From positions 24,894 to 88,893 of the forward strand of contig JAGVCA010000019.1 in NCBI GenBank assembly GCA_020059485.1: 64,000 bases of DNA, given 5' to 3'. The translations under genes and the position numbers were made by a program. The stretch comes from Anaerolineales bacterium. Lineage in GTDB: Bacteria > Chloroflexota > Anaerolineae > Anaerolineales > UBA11579. Under the pieces are notes generated by a model that saw nothing but the letters and a program-made list of their open reading frames with translations, searched no databases and was not told the origin of the DNA. This document shows positions 1 through 9,553 of this stretch, piece by piece (positions within the stretch are counted from its first letter, which is position 1; each line of letters opens with the position of its first letter).

Positions 1-69
1 TGGCAGCTGATCTGGCTGCATGCTGACGTTTACAGATCCTGATCATCCGCTTTAAAGGAGAGCCATCAC

Positions 70-864
70 ATGAAATCAAAACCCGAGACCAGCGAAAATG
101 GCGAAACCCCCGACGCTCTGGTGATCGATGACCTGACAGTGGCGTACAACGGTAAACCGGCTATCTGGGATGTCGATTTGCGCATCCCGGAAGGCGTCCT
201 GACTGCGATCGTCGGGCCCAACGGCGCGGGAAAAAGCACCCTGATCAAAGCAGCCTTACAGTTGATCCCGCGGGCAGCCGGTACGGTGCGGTTTTTCGGC
301 CTGCCATACGAGAAAGCCCGCAGTTTTGTCGGCTATGTACCGCAGCGGGGCAGTGTCGACTGGGACTTTCCCACTTCCGTGATCGATGTCGTCACAATGG
401 GCCTGTATGGCCAGTTGGGCTGGATCCGCCGCCCAGGCGGCAAGGAACACGAAATCGCCATGTACGCACTGGAACAGGTCGGCCTGGAGGACTTTGCCAA
501 CCGGCAGATCAGCCAGCTTTCCGGCGGGCAGCAGCAGCGCACATTCCTTGCCCGGGCACTTGTCCAGGATGCCCAGATCTACTTCATGGACGAACCGTTC
601 GCTGCAGTGGACGCGGTCACAGAACGCGCCATCATAGCCATCATGCGCGAGCTGCGAGACCGCGGCAAAACGGTGCTGGTGGTACACCATGATCTGCAAA
701 CGATCGAGGAATACTTCGACTGGGTCACGCTGCTGAATGTCGAAGTGGTTGCCAGCGGGCCTGTCGAGACCACCTTCACATCCGAAAAACTGCGCCAGAC
801 CTACGGCGGCCGGGTTTCCTACCTCTACGAAGACAAAGTGAAGAAAACCGCGGAGGCCGGCTGA
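70..864 (+). CDS. Metal (Mn/Zn/Fe-type) ABC transporter ATP-binding subunit
   Basis: 264-aa ORF. Walker A GPNGAGKST, ABC signature LSGGQQQR, Walker B IYFMDEP, H-loop VVHHD. SD AAAGGAG lies upstream. The stop overlaps the next start (TGATG). Confidence 0.9.
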   Translation: MKSKPETSENGETPDALVIDDLTVAYNGKPAIWDVDLRIPEGVLTAIVGPNGAGKSTLIKAALQLIPRAAGTVRFFGLPYEKARSFVGYVPQRGSVDWDFPTSVIDVVTMGLYGQLGWIRRPGGKEHEIAMYALEQVGLEDFANRQISQLSGGQQQRTFLARALVQDAQIYFMDEPFAAVDAVTERAIIAIMRELRDRGKTVLVVHHDLQTIEEYFDWVTLLNVEVVASGPVETTFTSEKLRQTYGGRVSYLYEDKVKKTAEAG

Positions 865-2195
865 TGCTACCAGGATTCTCACCTGAAGACCGGCGTGTCT
901 GGCTGCTGATCGGTGCCATCACCCTGATCACGCTGCTGTTCCTCCCCTACAGCCAGTTCGTTCTAGGGGTGCGCTACGATTACACCTTGCGGACGGTGGC
1001 GATTGGCGGTTCGCTGCTGGGGATCATCAGCGGTGTCCTCGGCTGTTTTGCCGTGCTGCGTCAGCAAAGCCTGATGGGAGACGCCCTCTCCCATGCCGCT
1101 CTGCCCGGCGTGGCGATTGCCTTCCTGTTAGCCGGGCGCGAATTGGGATTCCTCCTGATCGGGGCCGGTGTGGCCTCCTGGCTCGGCGTTCAATTCATCC
1201 GCCTGCTGACAGACACTACCAGGATCAAGCAGGATACCGCCATGGGGATCGTCCTGGCCTCCTGGTTCGCTGCTGGGATTGCCCTGCTGGCGTATATCCA
1301 GGCCCGTCCGGACGCCAGCCAGGCCGGCCTGGACACCTTCATTTTTGGCCAGGCCGCCGCCATCGTGGAAAAAGATGTCCGGCTGATCGCTGGCATTGGC
1401 CTGGCAACCATGTTCCTGTTGGTCCTCTTCTGGAAAGAGTTCAAACTGATCACCTTCGACGCCGAATTTGCCGGCGCAAACGGGTTTCGGGTCAACCTGT
1501 TCAGCACACTGCTCTCCACCCTGATCGTCGTGGCGATCGTGCTCGGTCTTCAGCTGGCTGGCGTGATCATGATGGTCGGGATGCTGATCGCCCCAGGGAT
1601 CGCCGCCAGGCAGTGGACCAACAAGCTCACCCAGATGGTGACCCTGGCGGCCATTTTTGGCGGGTTCTCCGGAGGCGTCGGTGCCATCATCAGTGCGCTC
1701 GATACCGACCTCCCGACCGGGCCGATGATCATCGTAGTCGCTTTCCTGCTGGTGGTGATCTCGATCAGTATTGCCCCACAGCGTGGATTGATCTGGCAAT
1801 TGCTGCGCCAGCGCCAGGATCAGAAACGGTTTGCAGCCCAAATGGTGCTGGATGACCTATTCCACTATGCCTATGACCACGACTCGCTCAGCACAGTTGT
1901 ACCGGAGTCGTTCCTGAAGGGAATGCGCGGCTCGGCGGTCAAACAGGGCTTGCAACAGCTGGTAAACAAAGACCAGGTGCAGCCTGTCAATGGCGGCTGG
2001 CAGCTGACCGAGGCAGGCCGCCAGGCTGCAGCCGATAACGCTACCAACACCCTGATGTGGGACCTCTACCGCCAATACAATCAAACCCTGGACCTACCTT
2101 TAATCGCAGAAGACCGGCAGCGTGATATCCGTGAGCTGCTCCCCGAGACGGCAATCCACAAGCTGGAAAAGATCCTGCAGGAGGAACTGGCCTGA
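864..2195 (+). CDS. Metal ABC transporter permease (MntC/SitC/TroC-like) with a ~130-aa C-terminal DtxR-like winged-helix tail
   Basis: 443-aa ORF with many hydrophobic TM segments and a GDALSHAALPG motif typical of this permease family. A soluble tail starts at about nt 1776. Translationally coupled at both ends (TGATG). Confidence 0.85.
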   Translation: MLPGFSPEDRRVWLLIGAITLITLLFLPYSQFVLGVRYDYTLRTVAIGGSLLGIISGVLGCFAVLRQQSLMGDALSHAALPGVAIAFLLAGRELGFLLIGAGVASWLGVQFIRLLTDTTRIKQDTAMGIVLASWFAAGIALLAYIQARPDASQAGLDTFIFGQAAAIVEKDVRLIAGIGLATMFLLVLFWKEFKLITFDAEFAGANGFRVNLFSTLLSTLIVVAIVLGLQLAGVIMMVGMLIAPGIAARQWTNKLTQMVTLAAIFGGFSGGVGAIISALDTDLPTGPMIIVVAFLLVVISISIAPQRGLIWQLLRQRQDQKRFAAQMVLDDLFHYAYDHDSLSTVVPESFLKGMRGSAVKQGLQQLVNKDQVQPVNGGWQLTEAGRQAAADNATNTLMWDLYRQYNQTLDLPLIAEDRQRDIRELLPETAIHKLEKILQEELA

Positions 2196-3694
2196 TGTTC
2201 GAGATCGAAGGTTTATTCATCAAGTTCTTGCTCAACTTTTTCTCCAATCTGGAGATCAATACCTTCCTGCGTTCCCCGCAGAACACAGCCACGATCATTG
2301 GCGGCCTGATCGCGATCTCAGGCGCGCTGCTGGGCACCTTCCTGCTGCTGCGCGGTATGTCGTTGACCAGCGATGCGATCAGCCATACGGTGCTGCTCGG
2401 GATCGTGGTCGCGTTCATGGTGCTGACCCAATTGCTCGGCCAGGAACCAGACCTCTCTTCTCCCTGGCTGATCATCGGTGCTGCGGCTGCCGGGGTCGCC
2501 ACCGTCGTCCTGACGGAAGCGATCTACCGATCCGGCTTGGTCAAACAGGATGCCGCCCTGGGATTGGCCTTCCCGCTGATGTTCGCAATTGCCGTCATTC
2601 TGGTCTCCCGCTTTGTACAGGATGTCCATATGGATGAGGATGCCGTCATGATCGGCGAGATCGGAGTCGCCTGGGCGGACACGAACAGCCACTGCCTGGA
2701 GAACTGCGAGGCCGTTACCATCACCCCAGACTCGCCTGAGGCGGAGTTCTCCCGTCAGTGCACCAACTGCCGCGAACTGGGCATCGGCCCGCGCGATGAG
2801 GGTGCGGTGTTCTCCGAACAATGTTCGAACTGTGGGGAATATTCGCCCGCCCAAGCCTGGCAAGCCGGGTTACTCGAAACCGAACCGCTGCTGATCTTCT
2901 GGCCAAAGTCGATCACGGTCATGACGCTGATCACACTGCTGACATTGGCCTTCGTTCTCGTATTCTTCAAAGAACTGAAGTTATCAACCTTCGATCCCGC
3001 TCTGGCAGCCGCACTCGGATTCCGGCCGGGTGTGCTGCATTATGCCCTGATGGTCACGATCAGCCTGGTGGCAGTCGGAGCCTTCGAAGCCGTCGGCTCG
3101 ATCCTGGTGATCGCCTTCTTCATCATCCCCCCGGCGGCAGCCTACATCCTGACGGACAATCTCTCCCGGATGCTGGTGATCAGTTCGCTGATCGGGGCGG
3201 CCGGAGCCTATTTTGGCTACGACCTGGCGCGCGGCAGCGTTCTAGGCTTGTTCCAGGTGGATGCGGTCCTGCGCGGCTTGAACCGGGCTTTTGACCTCAA
3301 ACTGGCGGAAACCTGGAACTCCTCAATATCGGCGTCTATGGTCTTGATGATGTTCTTGTTCTTCTTTGCTGCCTGGGTCCTCTCCCCGAAATATGGGCTG
3401 CTTTCCACCTGGCTGCGGCGGCAGAACCAGGAGAAAAACTTCGATATCCAGGTGATCCTGGCACACATCTTCAACCACGAGGGAACTGATAAGGAGCGGG
3501 AGGAACTGGCTGTCGGAACGCTTTACCATCACTTCCGCTGGCCGGCCAGTACGACCCGGCGGATGATCGACCAATTGCTGTCCAACGATTTGATCTACAT
3601 CAAAGACGGCATCGTCCGCCTGACCTCAGATGGGAAAGAACGGGTCGAGGTATTTCGCGAGACCCAACTGGCGCGCGAAACGGTCATCCAGTAG
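2195..3694 (+). CDS. Metal ABC transporter permease (MntD/SitD/TroD-like) with a Cys-rich insertion and a C-terminal winged-helix tail
   Basis: 499-aa ORF with an SDAISHTVLLG motif and TM segments. A ~75-aa insert carries CLENC, CTNC and CSNC (about nt 2675-2890). A soluble tail starts at about nt 3416. Confidence 0.85.
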   Translation: MFEIEGLFIKFLLNFFSNLEINTFLRSPQNTATIIGGLIAISGALLGTFLLLRGMSLTSDAISHTVLLGIVVAFMVLTQLLGQEPDLSSPWLIIGAAAAGVATVVLTEAIYRSGLVKQDAALGLAFPLMFAIAVILVSRFVQDVHMDEDAVMIGEIGVAWADTNSHCLENCEAVTITPDSPEAEFSRQCTNCRELGIGPRDEGAVFSEQCSNCGEYSPAQAWQAGLLETEPLLIFWPKSITVMTLITLLTLAFVLVFFKELKLSTFDPALAAALGFRPGVLHYALMVTISLVAVGAFEAVGSILVIAFFIIPPAAAYILTDNLSRMLVISSLIGAAGAYFGYDLARGSVLGLFQVDAVLRGLNRAFDLKLAETWNSSISASMVLMMFLFFFAAWVLSPKYGLLSTWLRRQNQEKNFDIQVILAHIFNHEGTDKEREELAVGTLYHHFRWPASTTRRMIDQLLSNDLIYIKDGIVRLTSDGKERVEVFRETQLARETVIQ

Positions 3695-3706
3695 CTACCA
3701 GGGAGA

Positions 3707-5125
3707 TCATTTAACTGCCGGCATCTGCAGGGTGGGATCATCAGACCGCGCGATTGGAAGCGTGACCTGGAACAGGCTGCCCTCCCCGACCCGGCTTTCC
3801 ACCGTGATCTGTCCATCGTGGGCTTCCACGATCTGGTGAGCGATCGCCAACCCCAACCCCGCGCCGTGTGCCGGTCCACCTTTGCGGGCTTTATCCAGCT
3901 GGTAGAACCGCTCAAAGATCCGCTCGAGTTCATCCTCCGGGATCCCTCTGCCGGTATCCCGGATCGATACCCGCACTTGCCCCTGGCCAACTTCAGCCGA
4001 AAGCCAGACTTTACCGCCCGCCGGCGTGTGCTTGATGGCATTCTCCACCAAATTATTGAAGACCTGTGAAAGCCGGTCGCCATCGCCGATCACCGCCGGC
4101 AGGCTGCCGATCTGGTCCACCAGGGAGACCTCAGCCTGGACGGATTGCGGCGTCAGGCGGGCAATGACAGCCTGCAGCAAGTGATCGATCTCGACCGGTT
4201 CCCGGCGCAAATCGGCCGTACCGGCATCCAGCCGGGCCAGATCGAGCAAGTCCAGCACCAGGCGGTGCATCCGGCTGGCCTCGTCATAGATCACCTGGGC
4301 GGCCCGTTCCTGATCCACTGGGGTGCGGGCGGTCCCATCGAGGATCGCCTGGGCAAATCCCTGGATCGAGGTCAGGGGCGTCTTAAGCTCATGCGAAACA
4401 TTGGCCACAAAATCTCGCTGGGACTGCTGGCTGGTAAACACCTTGGTGGCCATATCATTGAAAGCCTCACCCAGCACGCGTACCTCGCGCGGTCCTTCCG
4501 GGTGGACGAACGTCTTCCGGCCAGCCGCCAATTGGCGGGCTGCGGTAGATATTTCCTGCAGTGGGGAGGCAACCGAATTACTCAACAGAAAAGCCATGAT
4601 CACCGATAACACCAACGCCACTATCCCGGATTGCGCCAGCGCACGCAGCAGGTCCAGGCTGATCGGCGAGTTAAACACATCCCGCAATGGCTGGCGCGGT
4701 TCCATGATCAACAGGACCATCCCGTTTGGCAGCGGGCGGCCGGTGTACAACCACAGGCGGCCATCCGTATCGTTGATCGTGAAGACATCGCGCAGTGGGT
4801 CTTTAGGGATAACGTTGAAATCAGGAAATCCAGGATATTCCTCAGCCCCTGAATCTGCCAGCACCCTGCCCTGCCGCGAGAGCACCAGGATGCGGTACCC
4901 GGTCCGCTCGGCGATCAGGTCCACCGCCGACCGGTATCCTTCCGGACGCCCCAGATCGATCTCGGGATTCGGCAGCACCCGGACAGCCGTATTACGCAGC
5001 TCGACCCGCACGGCCAGGTTGTTCCGCGCTACCACCAGCAGCAGTGTGACCGCCGAAACCAGCAGGATGACGACCGTCAGGACGACAAAGCCAAGGAATA
5101 ATCGGGATCGCAGCGAACCTGACAT
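3707..5125 (-). CDS. Sensor histidine kinase (two TM segments, HAMP, HisKA, HATPase_c)
   Basis: 472 aa. H-box SHELKTPLT, N-box NLVENAIKHT, G1 IRDTGRGI, G2 GAGLGLAI. The start overlaps the regulator stop (TGATG). Confidence 0.9.
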   Translation of the reverse strand: MSGSLRSRLFLGFVVLTVVILLVSAVTLLLVVARNNLAVRVELRNTAVRVLPNPEIDLGRPEGYRSAVDLIAERTGYRILVLSRQGRVLADSGAEEYPGFPDFNVIPKDPLRDVFTINDTDGRLWLYTGRPLPNGMVLLIMEPRQPLRDVFNSPISLDLLRALAQSGIVALVLSVIMAFLLSNSVASPLQEISTAARQLAAGRKTFVHPEGPREVRVLGEAFNDMATKVFTSQQSQRDFVANVSHELKTPLTSIQGFAQAILDGTARTPVDQERAAQVIYDEASRMHRLVLDLLDLARLDAGTADLRREPVEIDHLLQAVIARLTPQSVQAEVSLVDQIGSLPAVIGDGDRLSQVFNNLVENAIKHTPAGGKVWLSAEVGQGQVRVSIRDTGRGIPEDELERIFERFYQLDKARKGGPAHGAGLGLAIAHQIVEAHDGQITVESRVGEGSLFQVTLPIARSDDPTLQMPAVK

Positions 5126-5811
5126 CAGACGACCAGTTTGTACCCCACCCCGGTCACCGTTTCAATCTTGACCGTGCTGTCAGCTATCTTTTTGCGCAGG
5201 TGGGCGACATGCACATCCACCGTCCGGGTCTGGCCGAGATAGTCATATCCCCAGGCCAGTTTCAAAAGCTGCTCGCGCGTCAGCACCATCCGCTTGTGCT
5301 CGACAAAAGCCATCAGCAGGTCAAATTCCTGGGTGCGCAGTTCAACGATCTCCCCGCCAACCCGCACCTCCCGGCTGGCCGGGTCGATCGACAGGTCACC
5401 CAGATGAGCCGCAGCCTGAGAACCATCGGAAAAAGTCCGGTTGACCCGCCGCAGCATCGCTTTGACCCTGGCCACCAGCTCGCGCGGGTTGAAGGGCTTG
5501 GTCATATAATCGTCTGCCCCCAATTCCAGGCCGACGATCTTATCGATGTCCTCATCCCTGGCGGTCAGCATCAGGATCAGGACTCCCTGACCACCAGCGC
5601 GCAACTGCCGGCAGACCTCGAAACCATCCAGCTCGGGCAGCATCACATCCAGCACGACCAGGGCCGGGTTGTTACGTTCCACCGCTTCCAGCGCAGACCG
5701 GCCATCGGCGACCGACAGGGTCTTGTACCCCTCCTGATCAAGATATAGGCTTACAAGCTGGGTGATGCTCGGTTCGTCATCGACCAGCAGGATCAACTCG
5801 CCAGACATCAA
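5125..5811 (-). CDS. OmpR/PhoB-family response regulator
   Basis: 228 aa. Receiver motifs LLVDDE, VVLDVMLPELDG and TKPF. C-terminal wHTH with RTVDVHVAHLRKKI. Confidence 0.92.
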   Translation of the reverse strand: MMSGELILLVDDEPSITQLVSLYLDQEGYKTLSVADGRSALEAVERNNPALVVLDVMLPELDGFEVCRQLRAGGQGVLILMLTARDEDIDKIVGLELGADDYMTKPFNPRELVARVKAMLRRVNRTFSDGSQAAAHLGDLSIDPASREVRVGGEIVELRTQEFDLLMAFVEHKRMVLTREQLLKLAWGYDYLGQTRTVDVHVAHLRKKIADSTVKIETVTGVGYKLVV

Positions 5812-5814
5812 TCC

Positions 5815-6213
5815 TTACTTTTTGGGACGGACGGCGATCGCCTCGATCTCTACCAGCGCGTCAATCGGTAACCCGAGCACCGCGATGGCCGAGCGGGCCG
5901 GCGGATTCTTGGGAAAGAACTCGCCATACACCTCGTTAATCGCGCCGTAATCAGCCATATCACGCATGAAGACCGTGCACTTGATCACGTCTTTCATCCC
6001 GCAGCCAGCCGCCTCAAGCACAGCCTGGACGTTGAGCATCACCTGGCGGGTCTGGGCAGCCACCCCGCCCTCAACCAGCTTGCCGGTGGTGGGGTCCAAC
6101 CCGACCTGGCCCGATGTGAACACCAGCCGCCCGGATCGAATACCCGGCGAGTACGGCGCCAGGGGCTTGGCTCCGCCAGTGGGGATGATAACTTCTTTTT
6201 TGCGTTTGCTCAT
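5815..6213 (-). CDS. ridA: RidA/YjgF/L-PSP family reactive-intermediate deaminase
   Basis: 132 aa. APYSPG...LVFTSGQ...DPTTG...VKCTVFM...ARSAI...LP..ALVEIEAIA is the family pattern. Confidence 0.88.
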   Translation of the reverse strand: MSKRKKEVIIPTGGAKPLAPYSPGIRSGRLVFTSGQVGLDPTTGKLVEGGVAAQTRQVMLNVQAVLEAAGCGMKDVIKCTVFMRDMADYGAINEVYGEFFPKNPPARSAIAVLGLPIDALVEIEAIAVRPKK

Positions 6214-6307
6214 TGGGATCTCCCTTACATGGTTTCTGAAATTGTACGCCTAATCATCAGGCCGGTCAAACCCAGACGTGTTTAATGCATGTAAAATCGC
6301 GTGTGGA

Positions 6308-6841
6308 TCAGTCAGTTGGTGTGACCTGCTCGACCCATCGTCGGACGGCCGCCGAACTGCTCAGCCGAACGAATCGGATCCGCTCGTTCTCGGGCGCAGC
6401 CGACAACTCGGTATAGGTCCGGCGCCGTCTCCGGAAGGTCTGCAATGTGTACAACAGCAGCGAATCTCGGGAGAAAAATAACTGCCGGAACGACTCGCGG
6501 TTACCAGCCCACAACACCTCCCCTGAGATCGCCCGCCTCAGACTGCGGGCCAGCAGCCGGTACAGCACCACCAGCAGCGGCAGATCGAGCCAGACCACCA
6601 CCTGCACCTGCTGCCATATAATGTCCCGCACCTTGCTGTAATTGCCATCCACGACCCAGGCATCGCCAGACAGGGCCTCTACAACGGCCTGCCGAAACTC
6701 ATCCAAAGGGGTTTGCTGCCAATTCTCCCGCCAATGCAGGCTGTCCAGTTCGACATGGGGCAAGCCCAGCAGGACGGACAGGTGCGCTCCCAGCGCAGTC
6801 TTGCCCGAACCAGCCGGGCCGATGATCTGGATCCGATTCAT
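6308..6841 (-). CDS. P-loop NTPase, adenylate-kinase/FlaR-like small kinase
   Basis: 177 aa with an N-terminal Walker A (IIGPAGSGKT). Size and layout match AAA/adenylate-kinase-like proteins. Confidence 0.6.
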   Translation of the reverse strand: MNRIQIIGPAGSGKTALGAHLSVLLGLPHVELDSLHWRENWQQTPLDEFRQAVVEALSGDAWVVDGNYSKVRDIIWQQVQVVVWLDLPLLVVLYRLLARSLRRAISGEVLWAGNRESFRQLFFSRDSLLLYTLQTFRRRRRTYTELSAAPENERIRFVRLSSSAAVRRWVEQVTPTD

Positions 6842-6862
6842 TCGGCTGATTTTACCGCCCGG

Positions 6863-7738
6863 TCAGTTATCCTCTTCCAGCAGGATCTCATCGGGATAGA
6901 TTTCAGGGACAAAGGTCTGATCGGTGATCGGCGGCCGGACGTATACCGAAGTATCCGGCAGCGGCGGAAATTCCAACGGTGGTTCGACCACATCCTGATA
7001 GGGGATTATGTTCAACAGGTGAGCGATACAGTTCAGGCGGGCGTGACGTTTGACATCGCCATTGACCACATACCACGGCGCATGTTTGGTATCCGTGACC
7101 GCGAACATGCGGTCCTTGGCTTTGGAGAAATCCACCCAACGGCGGCGGGACTCGAGGTCCATCTCGCTCAGTTTCCAGCGGCGGGCCGGGTCCGTGTTGC
7201 GGGCCAGGAAGCGGCGTTCCTGCTCCTCATCGCTAACCGAGAACCAGTATTTGATCAGGGTAATGCCGGAGCGGATCAGCATGCGTTCGAACTCCGGGCA
7301 GGTACGGAGGAATTCTTCGTACTGCTCCTGGGTGCAAAAGCCCATCACCGGCTCGACGATCGCCCGGTTGTACCACGAGCGGTCGAACAGCACCATCTCG
7401 CCGCCGGCCGGCAGATGAGCGACATAGCGCTGGAACCACCACTGGGTCTTCTCGCGGTCGTTTGGCGTCCCCAGCGCGACCACGCGCGCCACGCGGGGAT
7501 TGAGCCGGGCGGTGATCCGTTTGATCGTGCCGCCCTTACCGGCAGCATCCCGGCCCTCGAAGATAATGACCACCTTTTTCTTCTCACGGCGGATCCACTC
7601 GTGCATCTTGACGAGTTCCATCTGCAGCCGTTCCAGTTCTTTCACGTACTGCTTGCGGCTGATCTTTTCGACCGGTTCGTTGTCGCCGCCGTTGCTGTGC
7701 GTCAGATCAAAATCGACCATACTGCCCGCTCCTTTCAC
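6863..7738 (-). CDS. ppk2: Polyphosphate kinase 2 (single-domain PPK2)
   Basis: 291 aa. IFEGRDAAGKGG Walker A, WWFQRY, FDRSWYNR. Confidence 0.9.
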   Translation of the reverse strand: MKGAGSMVDFDLTHSNGGDNEPVEKISRKQYVKELERLQMELVKMHEWIRREKKKVVIIFEGRDAAGKGGTIKRITARLNPRVARVVALGTPNDREKTQWWFQRYVAHLPAGGEMVLFDRSWYNRAIVEPVMGFCTQEQYEEFLRTCPEFERMLIRSGITLIKYWFSVSDEEQERRFLARNTDPARRWKLSEMDLESRRRWVDFSKAKDRMFAVTDTKHAPWYVVNGDVKRHARLNCIAHLLNIIPYQDVVEPPLEFPPLPDTSVYVRPPITDQTFVPEIYPDEILLEEDN

Positions 7739-7893
7739 ACGTTTCTATTACTATACAGGATTTTTAGCCGGGAACAAAACGGCCCTATCTCTGTTACGAA
7801 AAAAGTCTTAGTGTAAATGCAGGTTTTAACGACTCAACTGTCAATCCAGTGGATGGAAACCGGTCAGCTGGTCTGGTCAGCGGTCAGGACTAT

Positions 7894-8532
7894 TTAGCGA
7901 GCATAAACCACGACTTGCCAAAATGGCGTCTGTTGATAGAAAATTCGTCTGAGTCCAGCTCTGCTAGTTCTTGCTTCAACCACTTTCGTTGAATGAACAA
8001 ACGAACGAAACGGGCTTCCCCGCAGCCGATAGAAGATATTCCCGATTCCCACCACGATCTTGGCCCACCAGACATCACGCGGATAGACCAGACCATAATA
8101 TTTGCCAGCTCGTTCAGCCGAAAGGTCGACCAACTTTTCCACCTCATCATAGCAGCAGATCACACGATCCAGCGTAACGATATCAGCAGGGAAAATCTCC
8201 TGAGCCATCTCGACAAAGTTTCCATGCGAGTAGCTGATCCGATCTGAAAATCCCCGACGTTCCGCTTCTTCTTTGGACACATTGAGATACGCCGTTGAAG
8301 CCTCCACACTGGTGACATACCGGACGCCACCTTCAGCCAGAGCATATTGGATCATCCCAACGCCACCGCCAATATCAAGCAGTCTCAGCCCATCCACGCC
8401 TCTTTCCAGCAGCGCGTCCGTCAAAATTCGGGTGGTCTTGTCGGGACCTTTACGTCGATATCTGGAGAGTTCTTTTTGGACATAATACTGGCTGAATGAT
8501 TCCTCGATCCCCTCGCATTGGCAACTCACCAT
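7894..8532 (-). CDS. Class I SAM-dependent methyltransferase
   Basis: 212 aa with motif I LLDIGGGVG and SD GGAG upstream. The gene is markedly lower in GC than its neighbours (26/60 in line 7921-7980). Confidence 0.75.
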   Translation of the reverse strand: MVSCQCEGIEESFSQYYVQKELSRYRRKGPDKTTRILTDALLERGVDGLRLLDIGGGVGMIQYALAEGGVRYVTSVEASTAYLNVSKEEAERRGFSDRISYSHGNFVEMAQEIFPADIVTLDRVICCYDEVEKLVDLSAERAGKYYGLVYPRDVWWAKIVVGIGNIFYRLRGSPFRSFVHSTKVVEARTSRAGLRRIFYQQTPFWQVVVYAR

Positions 8533-8582
8533 GACTCGACTCCAGATTTCTTAATTGTCACTGTCTTTCTAACTCACCGATC

Positions 8583-9467
8583 CTAACTGCCGGCAGAGGA
8601 CTTCCACCGGGAGACCTGCTCCGGGAGTTTCTCATCTCCGATCGCCCGGCAAATTTCCCGCATACGTGGTTGAGCGCCCCGCCATTCCAGGTCTTCAAAC
8701 GTTTCTATCAGCGGTACATCGTCGCGCAGCGTGGTCAACTGCCGGTAGAAGATCGCCGTCTCCCGCTCGGGGTTCAGGTTCTCGGCCAGTCGTTTCGCCC
8801 CCCGGACATTCACTTCCCACGTTTCGTAGTCTTCAGGGATATTCTCGATATGCTTGTACCGCGCCAGCACAACCGTGCTCGATTTCGCGCCCCAAGCCGG
8901 AATGCCGGGAATCCCATCGGCCGAATCGCCCACCAGCGCCAGCCAATCGGGGATCGATCCCGGGCCAACGCCATATTTCTCGATCACGCCGGCCTCATCG
9001 GTCACGATCTCGCGCCGTCGGTCCCAGGATACGACTTTTGACCCGGAAACCAGCTGCATCAGATCCTTATCCGGCGAGCACAGCACAATTTGATCCACCT
9101 TTGTCTCACTCATGAAGCGTGAGACAGCGGTCGCCAGGGCATCGTCGGCCTCGAATTCATCCATCGGCCAGATCACGATCCCCAGTGCAGAAACGGCTTC
9201 TTCGGCCAGGGAGAATTGTGCCAGCAGATCAGGATCGACGCCTTCACCCGTTTTATACCCGGGGAACAGATCGTTGCGGAATGACTCGATCGGATGGTCG
9301 AATGCACAGGCGAGGTGGGTGACATCCGGATCCGAGAGCAACAGGAGAAGCGTCCGCAGCAGTCCGACCGTCGCGCCGACCTCCCGTCCATCCGGAGACT
9401 TCCTGGGAGGCGCTCCAAAATGGTGCCGGAAAAGTTCGTAAGTACCGTCAACCAGGTAGATCTTCAT
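8583..9467 (-). CDS. 5'-3' exonuclease / flap endonuclease (Pol I N-terminal domain homologue)
   Basis: Motifs YLVDGTYELFR, FEADDALAT, SPDKDLMQL and H3TH GDSADGIPGIPAWGAKSS. The ORF is open to 9542, but homologues start at MKIYLVDG (ATG at 9467), so the start is uncertain. Confidence 0.85.
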   Translation of the reverse strand: MKIYLVDGTYELFRHHFGAPPRKSPDGREVGATVGLLRTLLLLLSDPDVTHLACAFDHPIESFRNDLFPGYKTGEGVDPDLLAQFSLAEEAVSALGIVIWPMDEFEADDALATAVSRFMSETKVDQIVLCSPDKDLMQLVSGSKVVSWDRRREIVTDEAGVIEKYGVGPGSIPDWLALVGDSADGIPGIPAWGAKSSTVVLARYKHIENIPEDYETWEVNVRGAKRLAENLNPERETAIFYRQLTTLRDDVPLIETFEDLEWRGAQPRMREICRAIGDEKLPEQVSRWKSSAGS

Positions 9468-9553
9468 GCCAACCATTCTAACACGCCATTCTGATGACAA
9501 AAATGGCCGGAGCATCTGCTCCGGCCTCGGCGATGTGACCAACGAATCCCCAA

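Noticed and set aside
1-42. A possible 3' end of an upstream gene (frame 1 reads WQLIWLHADVYRS-stop), for example the substrate-binding protein of the metal transporter.
   Set aside because: There are only 13 codons and no recognisable motif, so it cannot be supported.
6713-7816. Long antisense ORFs opposite well-supported genes. This one lies opposite ppk2. Others lie at 10313-11827 opposite leuS, 21750-22871 opposite the EF-G paralogue, 43221-44297 opposite selA, 52327-53427 and 51200-51943 opposite the GNATs, 28100-28849 opposite CHAT, and 36303-37049.
   Set aside because: Their translations are Arg/Gly/Pro/His-rich with no motifs. This is a typical stop-codon-poor antisense artefact of high-GC DNA, and the opposite strand carries clear family signatures.
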